DNA from: Planctomycetota bacterium
GTDB lineage: Bacteria > Planctomycetota > B15-G4 > JADJEK01
Length of the DNA: 64,000 nucleotides
Direction of reading: 5' to 3'
NCBI GenBank assembly: GCA_044225365.1
Contig: JBGAIQ010000012.1
Location: 83,345-147,344, forward strand
Under the pieces are notes generated by a model that did no database searches, was not told where the DNA came from, and saw only the letters and a program-made list of their open reading frames with translations. Shown here one piece after another: positions 1 to 9,939 of this stretch (position 1 is its first letter; the number at the start of each line of letters is the position of its first letter). The position numbers and the translations under genes are program-made.

Positions 1-786
1 CACCGCATCGGACAGTCGCTCGAGCGTCTCCGCGATCGGCCGTCCGAGTTCCTCGGACTGGATCACGTCGTCGGTGAACTGCCGCACGACCGGCAACGGC
101 GCGCGCTTCGCGAGATTCTCGTAGGCCTGCCGCAATGTCACGCCCATCTCGAGATCCGTGAGGATCGCCCGGAACTCGGTGCCCACCGCTTGGCCCTGGA
201 AGTCGCTGCCGACCCGATCGATCGCGATCGGCATCGAGGCACCCGCGCGCATCGTGAGGGTCAAGAGGTCGAGAACGTAGGGCATCGTTCGGGATATCGA
301 CTTCGCGCGCTCGACGCCCGCAGTCGAAAGTTGCGCCGAAACGAGGCTCGGACCCGCGAGCAGGAAGACGAGGGCGAACGGCGCCGCGAGCGGCTTCAGC
401 ATCAAGAGGATCAGCAGGAACGGAACGGTCAGCACGAGGCCGACGAGGAACGAGAGCGCGAGCACCTCTTCGTCGTCGAGGCCACCCGGCCATCCCGCCT
501 CGGCATAACGAGAACGCAGCGACTCGCGGAACGAGTCGACGGGGAGCCTTCGCGTAATGACGGTGAAGGCCGGCAGGATCGCGAGGACCGACTTCGAAAG
601 GCTCGACTGCGCCGTGAGGCTCTCGCGGCGCAGTCGGCGCTGCGCGTCGCCGATGACGGCGGCGACCGGAACGGACGACAGCTTGAGGCGTCGGACGAGC
701 AGATAGACGACGATCGCGACGGAGATCCCGAGGAGGATGGCGCAGAGGAACGGTAGCAGTGCGAACAGGCGGTCAGACGTCGGCAT
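1..786 (-). CDS. tadC: Tad pilus assembly protein TadC (T2SS F family), 3' end outside window
   Basis: Not in the ORF track. Manual translation from ATG at 786 gives MPTSDRLFALLPFLCAILLG...; it contains MPYVLDLLTLTMRAGAS and SEELGRPIAETLERL and overlaps the tadB stop. Confidence 0.85.
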   Translation of the reverse strand, partial: MPTSDRLFALLPFLCAILLGISVAIVVYLLVRRLKLSSVPVAAVIGDAQRRLRRESLTAQSSLSKSVLAILPAFTVITRRLPVDSFRESLRSRYAEAGWPGGLDDEEVLALSFLVGLVLTVPFLLILLMLKPLAAPFALVFLLAGPSLVSAQLSTAGVERAKSISRTMPYVLDLLTLTMRAGASMPIAIDRVGSDFQGQAVGTEFRAILTDLEMGVTLRQAYENLAKRAPLPVVRQFTDDVIQSEELGRPIAETLERLSDAV

Positions 787-1615
787 TGACGATCCTCCAG
801 GCCCAGAACGTACCGGCGGCGGTGAGCAGCACCGCGATGAGGAGCAGCGCCTGCCCGAAGGGCCGCGTGAACAGCCAGCCGACGGCCTGCATGTCGATCA
901 CCGTCGTGAAACCGAGCATGATGAACGGAGCGAACGCGAGCACCTTGATGTTCATGCGACCTTCCGAGGTCGCGACGAACACTTCCTTGCGCATGCGATC
1001 GACCGATTCGAGAGAGTGCGCGAGACGCTCGAGCGTCTTCACGACGTTGCCGCCCATGCGCTGGTTGATGACGAGCGCGGACGCGAAGAGCGTGAAGTCC
1101 TGCAGCGCGAGCCGGCGCTTCGCTTCCTCGATCGTCGAGGCGAAGTCGGCGCCCATGTTCCAGTAGTTCGCGATGATGCGAAACTCGGTGCGCAGCGGTT
1201 CTTCACCGCGCTCGGCGACGCGTTCGATCGCCTGCACCAGCGACATGCCGGACGCGACGCCCGAGCTGAGCTGGAGCACGGCCTTCGGCAACTGATCGTT
1301 CAGGAGCTTGCGCCGCTTCTGCCACGCGCGGTCGAGCAGGATCTTCGGCATGATCACGCCGACGAACCAGAACGCGAGCAGGATCATCGGCACGGGCAGG
1401 AACAGGACGATCACGATCGGTGTGACGAGGGTGAAGATCCAGAAGATCGTCACGCTCCTGCGACCGTCGTAGGGCTCAGGCGACAAGCGCCAGTGCATGT
1501 GCTCGAGATGGGCGACGTCGCGCCGGAACTTCGCGAGGATCTGCCAACGCATCGAGATGATCAGCAGCGTGATCGACAGACCGATCATCGCCGCGATCGC
1601 GAGACTCATCATCAT
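773..1615 (-). CDS. tadB: Tad pilus assembly protein TadB (T2SS F family)
   Basis: QLPKAVLQLSSGVASGMSL, GEEPLRTEF and NQRMGGN motifs, with TM helices. The start at 1615 forms an ATGA overlap with the cpaF stop. Confidence 0.88.
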   Translation of the reverse strand: MMMSLAIAAMIGLSITLLIISMRWQILAKFRRDVAHLEHMHWRLSPEPYDGRRSVTIFWIFTLVTPIVIVLFLPVPMILLAFWFVGVIMPKILLDRAWQKRRKLLNDQLPKAVLQLSSGVASGMSLVQAIERVAERGEEPLRTEFRIIANYWNMGADFASTIEEAKRRLALQDFTLFASALVINQRMGGNVVKTLERLAHSLESVDRMRKEVFVATSEGRMNIKVLAFAPFIMLGFTTVIDMQAVGWLFTRPFGQALLLIAVLLTAAGTFWAWRIVNADV

Positions 1616-3501
1616 GCGCTCGCCCTCCCGAACCAACGATCGAGATCGATGAGCCGCCGCTCGACGAGGTCGGCCATGAACGACGGCATGTAACCCGTGA
1701 GTTCGAGTCGCGGATTCTTGTTGCCGCCGGTCTGGCGCATGATGTCGCGCACCTCGACCTCGCCGGTGTGCGGATGGATCCCGATCACTTCGGTGATCTG
1801 CGTGATGAGGCGCTTGCCGCTCTTCAGGCGGCGGATGAACACGATCATCTCGACGGCTTGCGAAACCTGACGGCGGATCGCGGCGATCGGCATCTCGACG
1901 GCCATGAGGCACATCGTTTCGATACGGGCGATCGCGTCGTTCGCGGAGTTCGAGTGGATCGTGGTCATCGACCCGTCGTGGCCCGTGTTCATCGCCTGCA
2001 GCATGTCGAACGCTTCTTCACCACGACACTCACCGACGATCACGCGATCGGGGCGCATGCGCAGGGCGTTCTTCACGAGGTCGCGGATCGTGTACGAGCC
2101 GGTGCCTTCGACGTTCGACGGCCGCGTCTCGAGCGACACGACGTGTTCCTGCTGCAGCTGGAGCTCGGCGGCGTCCTCGATCGTCACGATGCGCTCGTCC
2201 GACGGGATGAACGCGGAGAGCACGTTGAGGAGCGTCGTCTTGCCGGAGCCGGTGCCGCCCGCGACCACGATGTTCTTGCGCGAGACCACGGCCGCTTCGA
2301 GCAGCGCATAGGCCGAATCCGTCATCGTGCCCCATTCGACGAGATTGCGAGCGTTGGGCCGCCGCGTGGGGAAACGCCGGATCGTGAGGCAAGGCCCCTT
2401 GAGCGCGAGGGGCGGGATGACGGCGTTGACGCGCGAGCCGTCCTTGAGGCGGGCGTCGACGAGCGGCGTCGAACGATCGATGCGACGGCCGAGCGGCGCG
2501 ACGATGCGTTCGATGACGGCGACCAGTGCTTCGTCGCCGAGGAAAGTGCGGTTCGAGCGCAGCACCTTGCCGGCGCGCTCGACGTACACCTGCGTCGGGC
2601 TCACGATCATGATTTCCGTGATCGACGGCGTATCGAGCAGGTCCTGCAGCGGACCGAGCCCGAACACCATGTCGCAGATGACCTTCTTCAGGAACCGCGC
2701 GACGAGATAGAACTGGACGTTCTCGGGCGTTTCGTCGATCACGCCCGTCACGTTCTCGCGCAGACCGGTGTTGATCTTCTCGAAGTCCTCGCCGAACGAG
2801 TCCTTCGTGCCGAGCAGCTTCATGCGCTTCATGAGGCGACGCGTGAACTCGTCCGCGGCTTCCTCGAGCGCGATGTTGACTCCGGGGACGTTGATGCGAC
2901 CGACGTCGAGCGTCGACGCCGCAGCCTGCTTCGAGAGCGCCGTGAGCAGGCGGTTCTCGTACACCATCGTGAGCATGCGCTTGCGCGTGAGCGGCGAGCC
3001 GAACAGCCGCTGCTGATACTCGCCGTGCATCAACTCATCGATGAAGTTGTTGATCTGCTGGAGCGACTCCTCGCTCGCTTCGAGATTCTCCTTACCCGCC
3101 CGCCGCAGGTCGAGCTTGCGGAGGACTTCGGTGTGGAGTTCGCGCTGCAGCGCGTTCAGGTCCTCGATCGCCGCGTCCGCTTCGGACGTGTCGGGTTTGT
3201 CGTCCTCCTGGAGGAGGTTGATCACGAACTCGGCGAGACGAACCTGGCTGATCGGCTTCAGCAGCGCCGACTTGCCGGGCGCGAGCTTCACGCCGTCGAC
3301 GACGGCGGTCGTCGCCGCCGGATGCACGAGCAGTTCCCAGCCCTGCTCGGTGCGATCGACCTGGATGTGGACCCGCGAGACGAAGCGCGAGGTCGTGAGC
3401 GGGATCGCGCACTCCTCGCTGCGTCCGATCGTGAATCCGGCCACGCCTTCGTAGCCGACCCACTGCTTGTTCTTGAGCGTGTCCTGGATGACGACGCGCA
3501 T
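1612..3501 (-). CDS. cpaF: Tad pilus ATPase CpaF/TadA with N-terminal FHA domain
   Basis: Walker [36 protein letters not shown]. The N-terminal IGRSEEC...VSRVH is the FHA signature. Confidence 0.93.
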   Translation of the reverse strand: MRVVIQDTLKNKQWVGYEGVAGFTIGRSEECAIPLTTSRFVSRVHIQVDRTEQGWELLVHPAATTAVVDGVKLAPGKSALLKPISQVRLAEFVINLLQEDDKPDTSEADAAIEDLNALQRELHTEVLRKLDLRRAGKENLEASEESLQQINNFIDELMHGEYQQRLFGSPLTRKRMLTMVYENRLLTALSKQAAASTLDVGRINVPGVNIALEEAADEFTRRLMKRMKLLGTKDSFGEDFEKINTGLRENVTGVIDETPENVQFYLVARFLKKVICDMVFGLGPLQDLLDTPSITEIMIVSPTQVYVERAGKVLRSNRTFLGDEALVAVIERIVAPLGRRIDRSTPLVDARLKDGSRVNAVIPPLALKGPCLTIRRFPTRRPNARNLVEWGTMTDSAYALLEAAVVSRKNIVVAGGTGSGKTTLLNVLSAFIPSDERIVTIEDAAELQLQQEHVVSLETRPSNVEGTGSYTIRDLVKNALRMRPDRVIVGECRGEEAFDMLQAMNTGHDGSMTTIHSNSANDAIARIETMCLMAVEMPIAAIRRQVSQAVEMIVFIRRLKSGKRLITQITEVIGIHPHTGEVEVRDIMRQTGGNKNPRLELTGYMPSFMADLVERRLIDLDRWFGRASA

Positions 3502-3507
3502 CTTGGC

Positions 3508-4350
3508 TCAGCCCCCCTGCGTGCCGCTCGCCGCGGGCGCGGGGGAGTTCGGCGCCGGAACGCGAGAGTTGGGCCGCAGGAGCAGGGTGATGTTGTTGGC
3601 GCTCGCCGACATCGCCTGGATCATCTCGACGGCCTGTTCGGGCGTGAGTTCGAGCGTGATCACGGAGCCATTCGATCCGCCGCCTTCACCGCCGGTGAAC
3701 AGGAACTGCTGACGGCTGCCGCCGAGGCTCGAACCGATGCCGACGATGCGGATGTTCGAGAGGATCTCGGTCGACTTGAACTCGTCGGGGTAGGCCGTCT
3801 TGTCGGCGAGCTTCGAGAAGATCGCGCCGATCGCGGCCGAGGGGTTGTTCGGATCGATCGTCGGATTGGCGCCGACGGCCTTGTTCTCGCGCGGCAGGTG
3901 ATAGGTGGCGATCACGTCGACGCGATCGCCCGGCAACAGCAATCCACCCATGAGGTTCTCGTTGCTGACGCGCACGCCGAGAGCGCGCGTACCGGGCGCG
4001 AGGTTCGTGTCCTGGATCGGCTTCAGGTGGGCGTACTGGAGCGGCGTGCCCGCCGGGATCGGCATTCCGATCCGCTGGCCGCGCAGCGACTCCTTCTCGT
4101 CGGCCTTGTACAGCGTCTTCACGAACGGAGCGAGCGTGGAGCCCGCGGGGACCTGCATCGCCTGGAGGTCGCGATCGGGATCGATCGTGTGGTTCGCCTC
4201 GAGGTCGTTCACGACGCGGAGGACGTTCTCCTTCGGTTCGGGAGGCAGGCCGGTGTTCGATGTCGCTCCCTGGATGTAGGTGAACGCGAGTCCGGTGGCG
4301 AAGACGCCGGCGACGACTGCGATCAGCAGGAGCAACTTGTTGTTTTCCAT
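3508..4350 (-). CDS. cpaB: Flp pilus assembly protein CpaB/RcpC (SAF domain)
   Basis: N-terminal TM; GGLLLPGDRVDVIAT, ILSNIRIVGIG and ITLELTPEQA motifs; lies upstream of cpaF. Confidence 0.88.
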   Translation of the reverse strand: MENNKLLLLIAVVAGVFATGLAFTYIQGATSNTGLPPEPKENVLRVVNDLEANHTIDPDRDLQAMQVPAGSTLAPFVKTLYKADEKESLRGQRIGMPIPAGTPLQYAHLKPIQDTNLAPGTRALGVRVSNENLMGGLLLPGDRVDVIATYHLPRENKAVGANPTIDPNNPSAAIGAIFSKLADKTAYPDEFKSTEILSNIRIVGIGSSLGGSRQQFLFTGGEGGGSNGSVITLELTPEQAVEMIQAMSASANNITLLLRPNSRVPAPNSPAPAASGTQGG

Positions 4351-4599
4351 TTCGACCCGATCTCCGTCTTGCGAACACTCTCTTGGGGCGGATGCGATTC
4401 CAAACGGATTCTGACGCGCGGCTCGACCATGCCGTCGTGTCGGCCGTGGACCCAGCGGTTCACGGACCGCCGAAGGCCCGCGCTCGAAACGAGAATCCGA
4501 TGGGCCGCCCGCCGCGCCGAGTCATGCAGTGGGAGCGCGCGGGGGAACCCGCAACCGTTGAATCCGAAGTCGCGGCTCATTCTCTCGGGGGAAAGTCAT

Positions 4600-5415
4600 T
4601 TATTGCAGCGACTTCCCGAGAACTTCGCGCTTCATTTCGACCCCGACCGGGCAGTGGTCTGATCCTTGGATGTGGGGGTCGATCCAAGCGCGCTGGAGAA
4701 AGGGCGCGGCGCCGGGCGATGCGAGGACGTAGTCGATCCGCCATCCGATGTTCTTCTCGCGGACGCCGAAGCGTTGGCTCCACCAGGTGTAGTGCCCCGG
4801 TCCCGTCTCGTAGTGGCGAAAGGTGTCGATCCAACCGGCGTCGAGCCAGCGATCCAATTCCTGGCACTCCTCGGGGCAGAAGCCGCTCGTCTTGCGATTC
4901 TCCTTCGGTCTTGCGAGGTCGATCTCGCGGTGCGCGGTGTTGAAGTCTCCCATGACGATGAGCGGACGGCCGCGCCGGAAATCGGTCTCCAGGCGCTCGA
5001 AGACCCGGCGGTAGAAGGCGAGCTTGTACGGGATGCGGCTGTTGTCGCGATCCTTCCCCGAACCGTTCGGGAAGTAGGCGTTCACCACGCCAAAGTCTCC
5101 GAATTGGACGAGCTGGTAGCGGCCCTCGACATCGAAGTCGGGGTGGTCGAGCGAGGTCTCGATGGCGTCGGGCTTCAGTTTCGAGAAGAGCGCGACCCCG
5201 CTGTACCCCTTCCGCTGCGCACTCACGAAGTGGGAGTGGTATCCGGGCGGCTTCTTGTGGCGGTCGGGGAGGTCGTCCTCGGTCGTCCTCGACTCCTGGA
5301 TCCCGAGGACGTGCGCGCGGGAGTCCCGCAGGTAGTCGAAGAAGCCCTTGCCGGCGCAGGAGCGCAGTCCGTTGACGTTCCAACTCACGATCTTGATGTG
5401 CTTCGACGGCGCCAT
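4600..5415 (-). CDS. xth: Exodeoxyribonuclease III
   Basis: SWNVNGLR, GIQE, KGYSGVA, YFPNG, GDFNTAH, GWRIDY and GSDHCP motifs. TATGAT lies 6 nt before the ATG at 5415. Confidence 0.95.
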   Translation of the reverse strand: MAPSKHIKIVSWNVNGLRSCAGKGFFDYLRDSRAHVLGIQESRTTEDDLPDRHKKPPGYHSHFVSAQRKGYSGVALFSKLKPDAIETSLDHPDFDVEGRYQLVQFGDFGVVNAYFPNGSGKDRDNSRIPYKLAFYRRVFERLETDFRRGRPLIVMGDFNTAHREIDLARPKENRKTSGFCPEECQELDRWLDAGWIDTFRHYETGPGHYTWWSQRFGVREKNIGWRIDYVLASPGAAPFLQRAWIDPHIQGSDHCPVGVEMKREVLGKSLQ

Positions 5416-5633
5416 AAGGGAATCATAGGGTTGTCGCGGCGGACGGCGGCTTGCCCTTCTTCGGGTTTTCCTGAATGCACGCTGGTACGACCTGGGTTCG
5501 AATTGCTGCGCCGGCGGGGATGACGTCGACACCGCCGGGTACCCCAACCCGTGCGAACTCGGCGGGCGACGCGTTTATCCAATTTCAATCGACTTGGTTC
5601 TGGCCGGGATTGCGGGCGCACAGCCGTGCGCCC

Positions 5634-7316
5634 CTACAGTTCGATCACAATATTGGAGCGGCCGGCCTCGACGCCCTTCACGACTTGGATATCGAACTTC
5701 CGGCCCGCGCGTTTGTCGTCTTCACTAGGATATGGATAAACGGTCAGCGTATAAGGTCCTGGTAATAAGGCCGACGCGACGAAGCGGCCCATGCCATCGC
5801 ACTCGGCGTCGCCACTCGCGGATTGCCCACTCTCCGGGTCGACGCTCACGAAACACTTGGGCGGCGTTCCGCCGTCCTTCGCCTTCACGACGCCGGAGAT
5901 CGAGAGGCCTACGGGTACGACGAGTCTTGCTTCTTCTGTCCGCGATCCTTCGGAAACGACCGCCTTCGACGCCGCGGTCTCGTGGGTTCCGGGGATCATC
6001 GCGTGGATGCCGTATTCCCCCGGCGCGATGTCATCGTACGTCGCGACACCGAGTGGATCCGAGAACGCGCTCTCTTCCGCGACATACAAGTCGAGATAGG
6101 GATCCGTGACTTCCCGAGGAAGGAAACGGCTTCGATCGCGATTCGAGCCGGTCACGAAGACTTTGAGGTCGGGGCGAGGCGCGCCGTGCTCGTCGACCAC
6201 GGCGACGCGAAGCGTCGATCCCGCACGCAGCGACAGGATCCCGAAGTCGACGGCCTGTTGCTGCGACGCATCGGCGGGGAAGTCGAAGCGCAGGGTCGCG
6301 AAACCCTTCGAGCGAAGGATCAGCACGTGCCGCGTGTCGGGACGAAGACCGGTCAACTCGAAAGCGCCGTTCTCGTCGGTACGACTCTCCTTCGCATCGA
6401 TCACGACCGTGGCGTTCGATTGCGCCGAGATGCCGATCGCCCGCACGCGGACATCCTTCGCGCCCCTTCCCAGGGCGTCGACCACGACGCCGCGAGCGAT
6501 CTGTTCAGCGGGCAGTTCGAAGACGACGTCCGTTCTGAGGTCATGGGACGGGAACTCACGAATTGCCTGTTCGATCGTGGCATGACCCTTCGCGCTGGCC
6601 CGGAGCGAGTACGCATGGCGCAAGAAGGCGTCGACGACGAAGTGGCCGGCCGCATCGGTGCGTACGGTCGTCCTCCCCGGGATCCCAACCTCGGCATCGG
6701 GCAGCGGTGATTTCGAAACGGCGTCGATCACGAAGCCCGATACCGAATCCGCGGGCGTCGCCGCGATGGCCTCGACGACATGGCTTCCGTCCTGCAGATC
6801 GATCTCGATCGGCCTCTCGATGCTGTAGCGATCGTGTCGCAGCTCGAGTTCGACGTGGCCCGCGACGAGCGAGTCGAAGCGGAAGGAACCCGTCGAATCG
6901 GTCGTCGTGCGGGCCGGGCTTCCTTTCCATCGTGTCGATCGCGGGAGCTCATCGTCTCCTCTCGACACGATCAACGTCGCACCCTCGATCGGGAGGTCGG
7001 TCGCGGCATCGCGGACGCGACCTTCGATCGTCGCGGAGCCGGCGAGGCTCGAGGACCCGGGGAATTCAGGAACGCTACTCGATGACGCCCTCGATGCTCC
7101 CGCATCCGACAGCGGCGAAGAGGACGCAGGATCGCGTTGCGGCGAAGTCTCGATCCTCGGAGCGAGCGGCCGATCGGGCACCGGCGAGTTCGGCGTGTTC
7201 GCACCTGAAATCGAAGTGACCGCGCGGGATGTCCACAGCGCGCGCCCAACGACGGCCGCGACGGCGGAGAGTCCAAGGAAGGCGAGCGTGAGAACGAGGC
7301 GGCGAGTCGAATTCAT
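5634..7316 (-). CDS. Membrane-anchored protein with carboxypeptidase-regulatory-like (Ig/prealbumin-like) repeats
   Basis: N-terminal hydrophobic anchor, Pro/Ser linker, repeated GRVRD..PIEGA...TDSTGSFRF modules. Confidence 0.75.
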   Translation of the reverse strand: MNSTRRLVLTLAFLGLSAVAAVVGRALWTSRAVTSISGANTPNSPVPDRPLAPRIETSPQRDPASSSPLSDAGASRASSSSVPEFPGSSSLAGSATIEGRVRDAATDLPIEGATLIVSRGDDELPRSTRWKGSPARTTTDSTGSFRFDSLVAGHVELELRHDRYSIERPIEIDLQDGSHVVEAIAATPADSVSGFVIDAVSKSPLPDAEVGIPGRTTVRTDAAGHFVVDAFLRHAYSLRASAKGHATIEQAIREFPSHDLRTDVVFELPAEQIARGVVVDALGRGAKDVRVRAIGISAQSNATVVIDAKESRTDENGAFELTGLRPDTRHVLILRSKGFATLRFDFPADASQQQAVDFGILSLRAGSTLRVAVVDEHGAPRPDLKVFVTGSNRDRSRFLPREVTDPYLDLYVAEESAFSDPLGVATYDDIAPGEYGIHAMIPGTHETAASKAVVSEGSRTEEARLVVPVGLSISGVVKAKDGGTPPKCFVSVDPESGQSASGDAECDGMGRFVASALLPGPYTLTVYPYPSEDDKRAGRKFDIQVVKGVEAGRSNIVIEL

Positions 7317-7322
7317 GGTCGA

Positions 7323-7348
7323 GACGGCCGATCGGGGCAACCGGTGCA
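7323..7348 (-). promoter_or_regulatory. Putative ECF-type promoter TGCACC-N16-CGTC, 6 nt before ATG
   Basis: Minus strand reads TGCACC GGTTGCCCCGATCGGC CGTC TCGACC ATG; resembles the ECF -35/-10 consensus. Confidence 0.35.
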
Positions 7349-7414
7349 ATCGGGAGTTCCGCACTCACGAAGAGACTTCACGCGTCGCCGTTGTTAGCAG
7401 CTCGACCCCTTTTC

Positions 7415-9823
7415 TCAGTGAGTCGTGAACCGAAGGATGGAGAGCGAGCGAGCGGGGAACTCGTGCGAGAAGCGCGGCGATTCGACGGCGATCGACGTCG
7501 TTCGCGGCACGATCCTCGTCGGGTGAGAGAGCGAGTTCTCGTCGAGGAGATTGTCGGAGGTCAGCACCGTCAGCGAGGCGGACTTGCCGATCATCGCCCA
7601 TCCGTCGAGTGCGAGCATCGCGCTGACGGGCGCCTCGCCGCCATTCACGACCTTCACGATCACGTCGCCCGAGCCCGTTACGATGCCGGCAACCGCGGCA
7701 AAGGTTGCGAGCGCCTCTTCCTCGGCTTCCTGAACCAACTTCCCGTCGAGATAACAGCGGATCCTCCTGCCCGAGAGCTCGATCTTCACGTCGTACCAGC
7801 GCCCTGTCTCCACGCTCCCCCCGACGCCGTGGCCGACGCCCGATTTCATGCCGGAGACCGATTTCTCGATCGCATGGGTGTGATTACCCCAGCCGCCGAC
7901 GTTCCACCAACACCAGTTCGCGTCGTCCTTCGCGCGAAACAGGATCAGGAATCCCTCGGCACCGTCGAGTTTCCGAGCCTTCATCGTGAGGGTGTAATCG
8001 CTCGCGTCGCGAAGAGCGGGGAGATCGAGGATCGAGTAGATGTCGTCGCCGGTTTGGCTCTGCCGCAGTGCGCCGTCGGCCACCTTCCACTCGCCCCCGT
8101 GGGGCTTCCAGTCCGCGAACCCGTTCTCGGATCCCGAGCGGTAGATCGTGGAGCCATCGACCTCGACGGCGATGTCCTTGAATTCCGCTTTCGTCAGCCA
8201 GGTTCCCACACCGATGCTTCCCTTGGAGATCGACGTGTTCTCGATCACGGGGACATCGCACGGGAGCAGGGTGTCGGGACGGTTCTTCGCGAAGAGAGCC
8301 TGGACGTGATACGACGGCGTCCCGTAGGAATGCACACCGTCGAAGACCATCATGTCCGGGTTCCACTTGCGATCTTCGGCGCGGACGAACATGGGCGCAT
8401 ACGACGCCATCGTGACGACGTCGCTATTTCGCTCGAGACCGGTCATGAACGCGGCCTCGGCGAGTGCGGCCGCGAGATTGCCGTTCCCGCAGCCTTGCGT
8501 GACCGCATATTCTCCGACGTAGATCTTCGGACCCTTCCGGTCCGCGCGATCGTACAGGCCGACATTCGCCCAGAACCACGCGGGTGAATTGTAATAATGA
8601 TCGTCGACCATCTCCATCGGTGCGTCGACTCGCGTGTCGGCGATGGTGACGATGTCGGGGAACTTCCCCTTGATCGCGTCGAAGAACCTTTTGTAGCGAG
8701 GAGTGTAGACGTCCCGCGTACCTCCGAATCCCGACCACAGTCCGTTCTCGTTGCCGATCTCGATGTATTTCAAGCGAAACGGCTCAGGATGACCATTGCG
8801 TACGCGCACGGCTCCCCACTTCGTGTCGGAACCGCCGTTCGCGTACTCGATGGCCGCCAGGCAATCATCGATCCAGGGCTGGAGCTCGTCGAGGGGAGTG
8901 ATGTCCTTGTGGGAGAGTCCGCAATTGACGACGAAGAGGGGTTCGGCGTTCAGATCTTCGCAGGCCTGCAGATACTCGTGGTATCCAAGGCCGTCGCTCG
9001 ACCAGTAATTCCACGTCGCGTTCGCGTGTCCGGGCCGCGTCGCGATGTCGCCGATCGACTTCTCCCAACGAAAAGCGTCCTTCAAAAAGTCTCCGCCTTC
9101 GACGTAGCAGCCACCAGGAAAGCGGACGAATGCCGGTGCGAGGTCCGCGAACAACTCGCCGAGGTCGCGCCGGAATCCGTTCCTCCTGCCCTTCCACGTC
9201 GTCTCGGGCGAAAGGGAGACGAGATCCAGCTGCACTTTCCCTTTGCCCGTGAATCGAAGCTCGAGCTGGGCATTCGCATCGTCGACGTTCGCCGTGATCC
9301 GACCCTCGAACGTCTTCCACTCGCGCGTCAGTCCGTCGAATCGGAGAGCGCCGTGCTTCCCTCCGTTACGATCGGCGAGCACGACGGAGAATTCGGGATC
9401 GGCACCTTCGACGAGTTTCGCGTCGACGCGAACGAGATAGACGTCGTCCTCGATCAGCGGAACGCCCCAAAATCCGCGGTTGAAGATGCGAGCTTCGCCG
9501 TCGATCGCGACGACGAGCGAGTGCGGCGCGGATCCGTACGCGGGATTCCGATCATCGAGTGCGAGGACCGTTCCGGCCGTCGACGCACCCCATCCGGGGG
9601 CCATCCCGTCGACCGCCGGCTCTTCGAACGATCGATTGCGAACCAGTTCGGCGAGCAGACCGCCGTCGCCCGCGTGGTTGATCTCCTCGAAGAAGGCTCC
9701 ATACAGCCGCGGGCTGATGGAATGCGAGGGCTCGCCACCGTGCACTCGGAGTATCGGCGGCTCGCCGACAGCGATCGACGACAGTGCGACGGGGAGGGCC
9801 AAGAGGGCGGGCATACGGACCAT
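7415..9823 (-). CDS. Alpha-L-arabinofuranosidase (GH51) with inserted beta-sandwich domain, secreted
   Basis: LYGAFFEEINHAGDGG, RFPGGCYVEG, IEIGNEN, IYVGEYA and MASYAPMF motifs; signal peptide; GGAGGA before the start. Confidence 0.9.
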   Translation of the reverse strand: MVRMPALLALPVALSSIAVGEPPILRVHGGEPSHSISPRLYGAFFEEINHAGDGGLLAELVRNRSFEEPAVDGMAPGWGASTAGTVLALDDRNPAYGSAPHSLVVAIDGEARIFNRGFWGVPLIEDDVYLVRVDAKLVEGADPEFSVVLADRNGGKHGALRFDGLTREWKTFEGRITANVDDANAQLELRFTGKGKVQLDLVSLSPETTWKGRRNGFRRDLGELFADLAPAFVRFPGGCYVEGGDFLKDAFRWEKSIGDIATRPGHANATWNYWSSDGLGYHEYLQACEDLNAEPLFVVNCGLSHKDITPLDELQPWIDDCLAAIEYANGGSDTKWGAVRVRNGHPEPFRLKYIEIGNENGLWSGFGGTRDVYTPRYKRFFDAIKGKFPDIVTIADTRVDAPMEMVDDHYYNSPAWFWANVGLYDRADRKGPKIYVGEYAVTQGCGNGNLAAALAEAAFMTGLERNSDVVTMASYAPMFVRAEDRKWNPDMMVFDGVHSYGTPSYHVQALFAKNRPDTLLPCDVPVIENTSISKGSIGVGTWLTKAEFKDIAVEVDGSTIYRSGSENGFADWKPHGGEWKVADGALRQSQTGDDIYSILDLPALRDASDYTLTMKARKLDGAEGFLILFRAKDDANWCWWNVGGWGNHTHAIEKSVSGMKSGVGHGVGGSVETGRWYDVKIELSGRRIRCYLDGKLVQEAEEEALATFAAVAGIVTGSGDVIVKVVNGGEAPVSAMLALDGWAMIGKSASLTVLTSDNLLDENSLSHPTRIVPRTTSIAVESPRFSHEFPARSLSILRFTTH

Positions 9824-9939
9824 CGAGTCCTCCATTCGGTCGCGACGCGGAGCCGTGAGAGCGCGACGAGGATACGCTTCCTCTCGCGAACCCGCCGCCA
9901 TCCTTCGTCGTGGATCGCGACGCGACCGATCGGTTGGGA

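Noticed and set aside
4351-4599. Flp pilin gene or structured RNA upstream of cpaB
   Set aside because: No short ORF with a G|xxxxEY pilin motif and no recognisable riboswitch was found by eye.
1768-4662. 964-aa plus-strand ORF and similar long antisense ORFs (e.g. 53196-55799, 56355-58613, 42872-44782)
   Set aside because: Shadow frames of well-supported opposite-strand genes in high-GC DNA; Arg-rich with no recognisable motifs.
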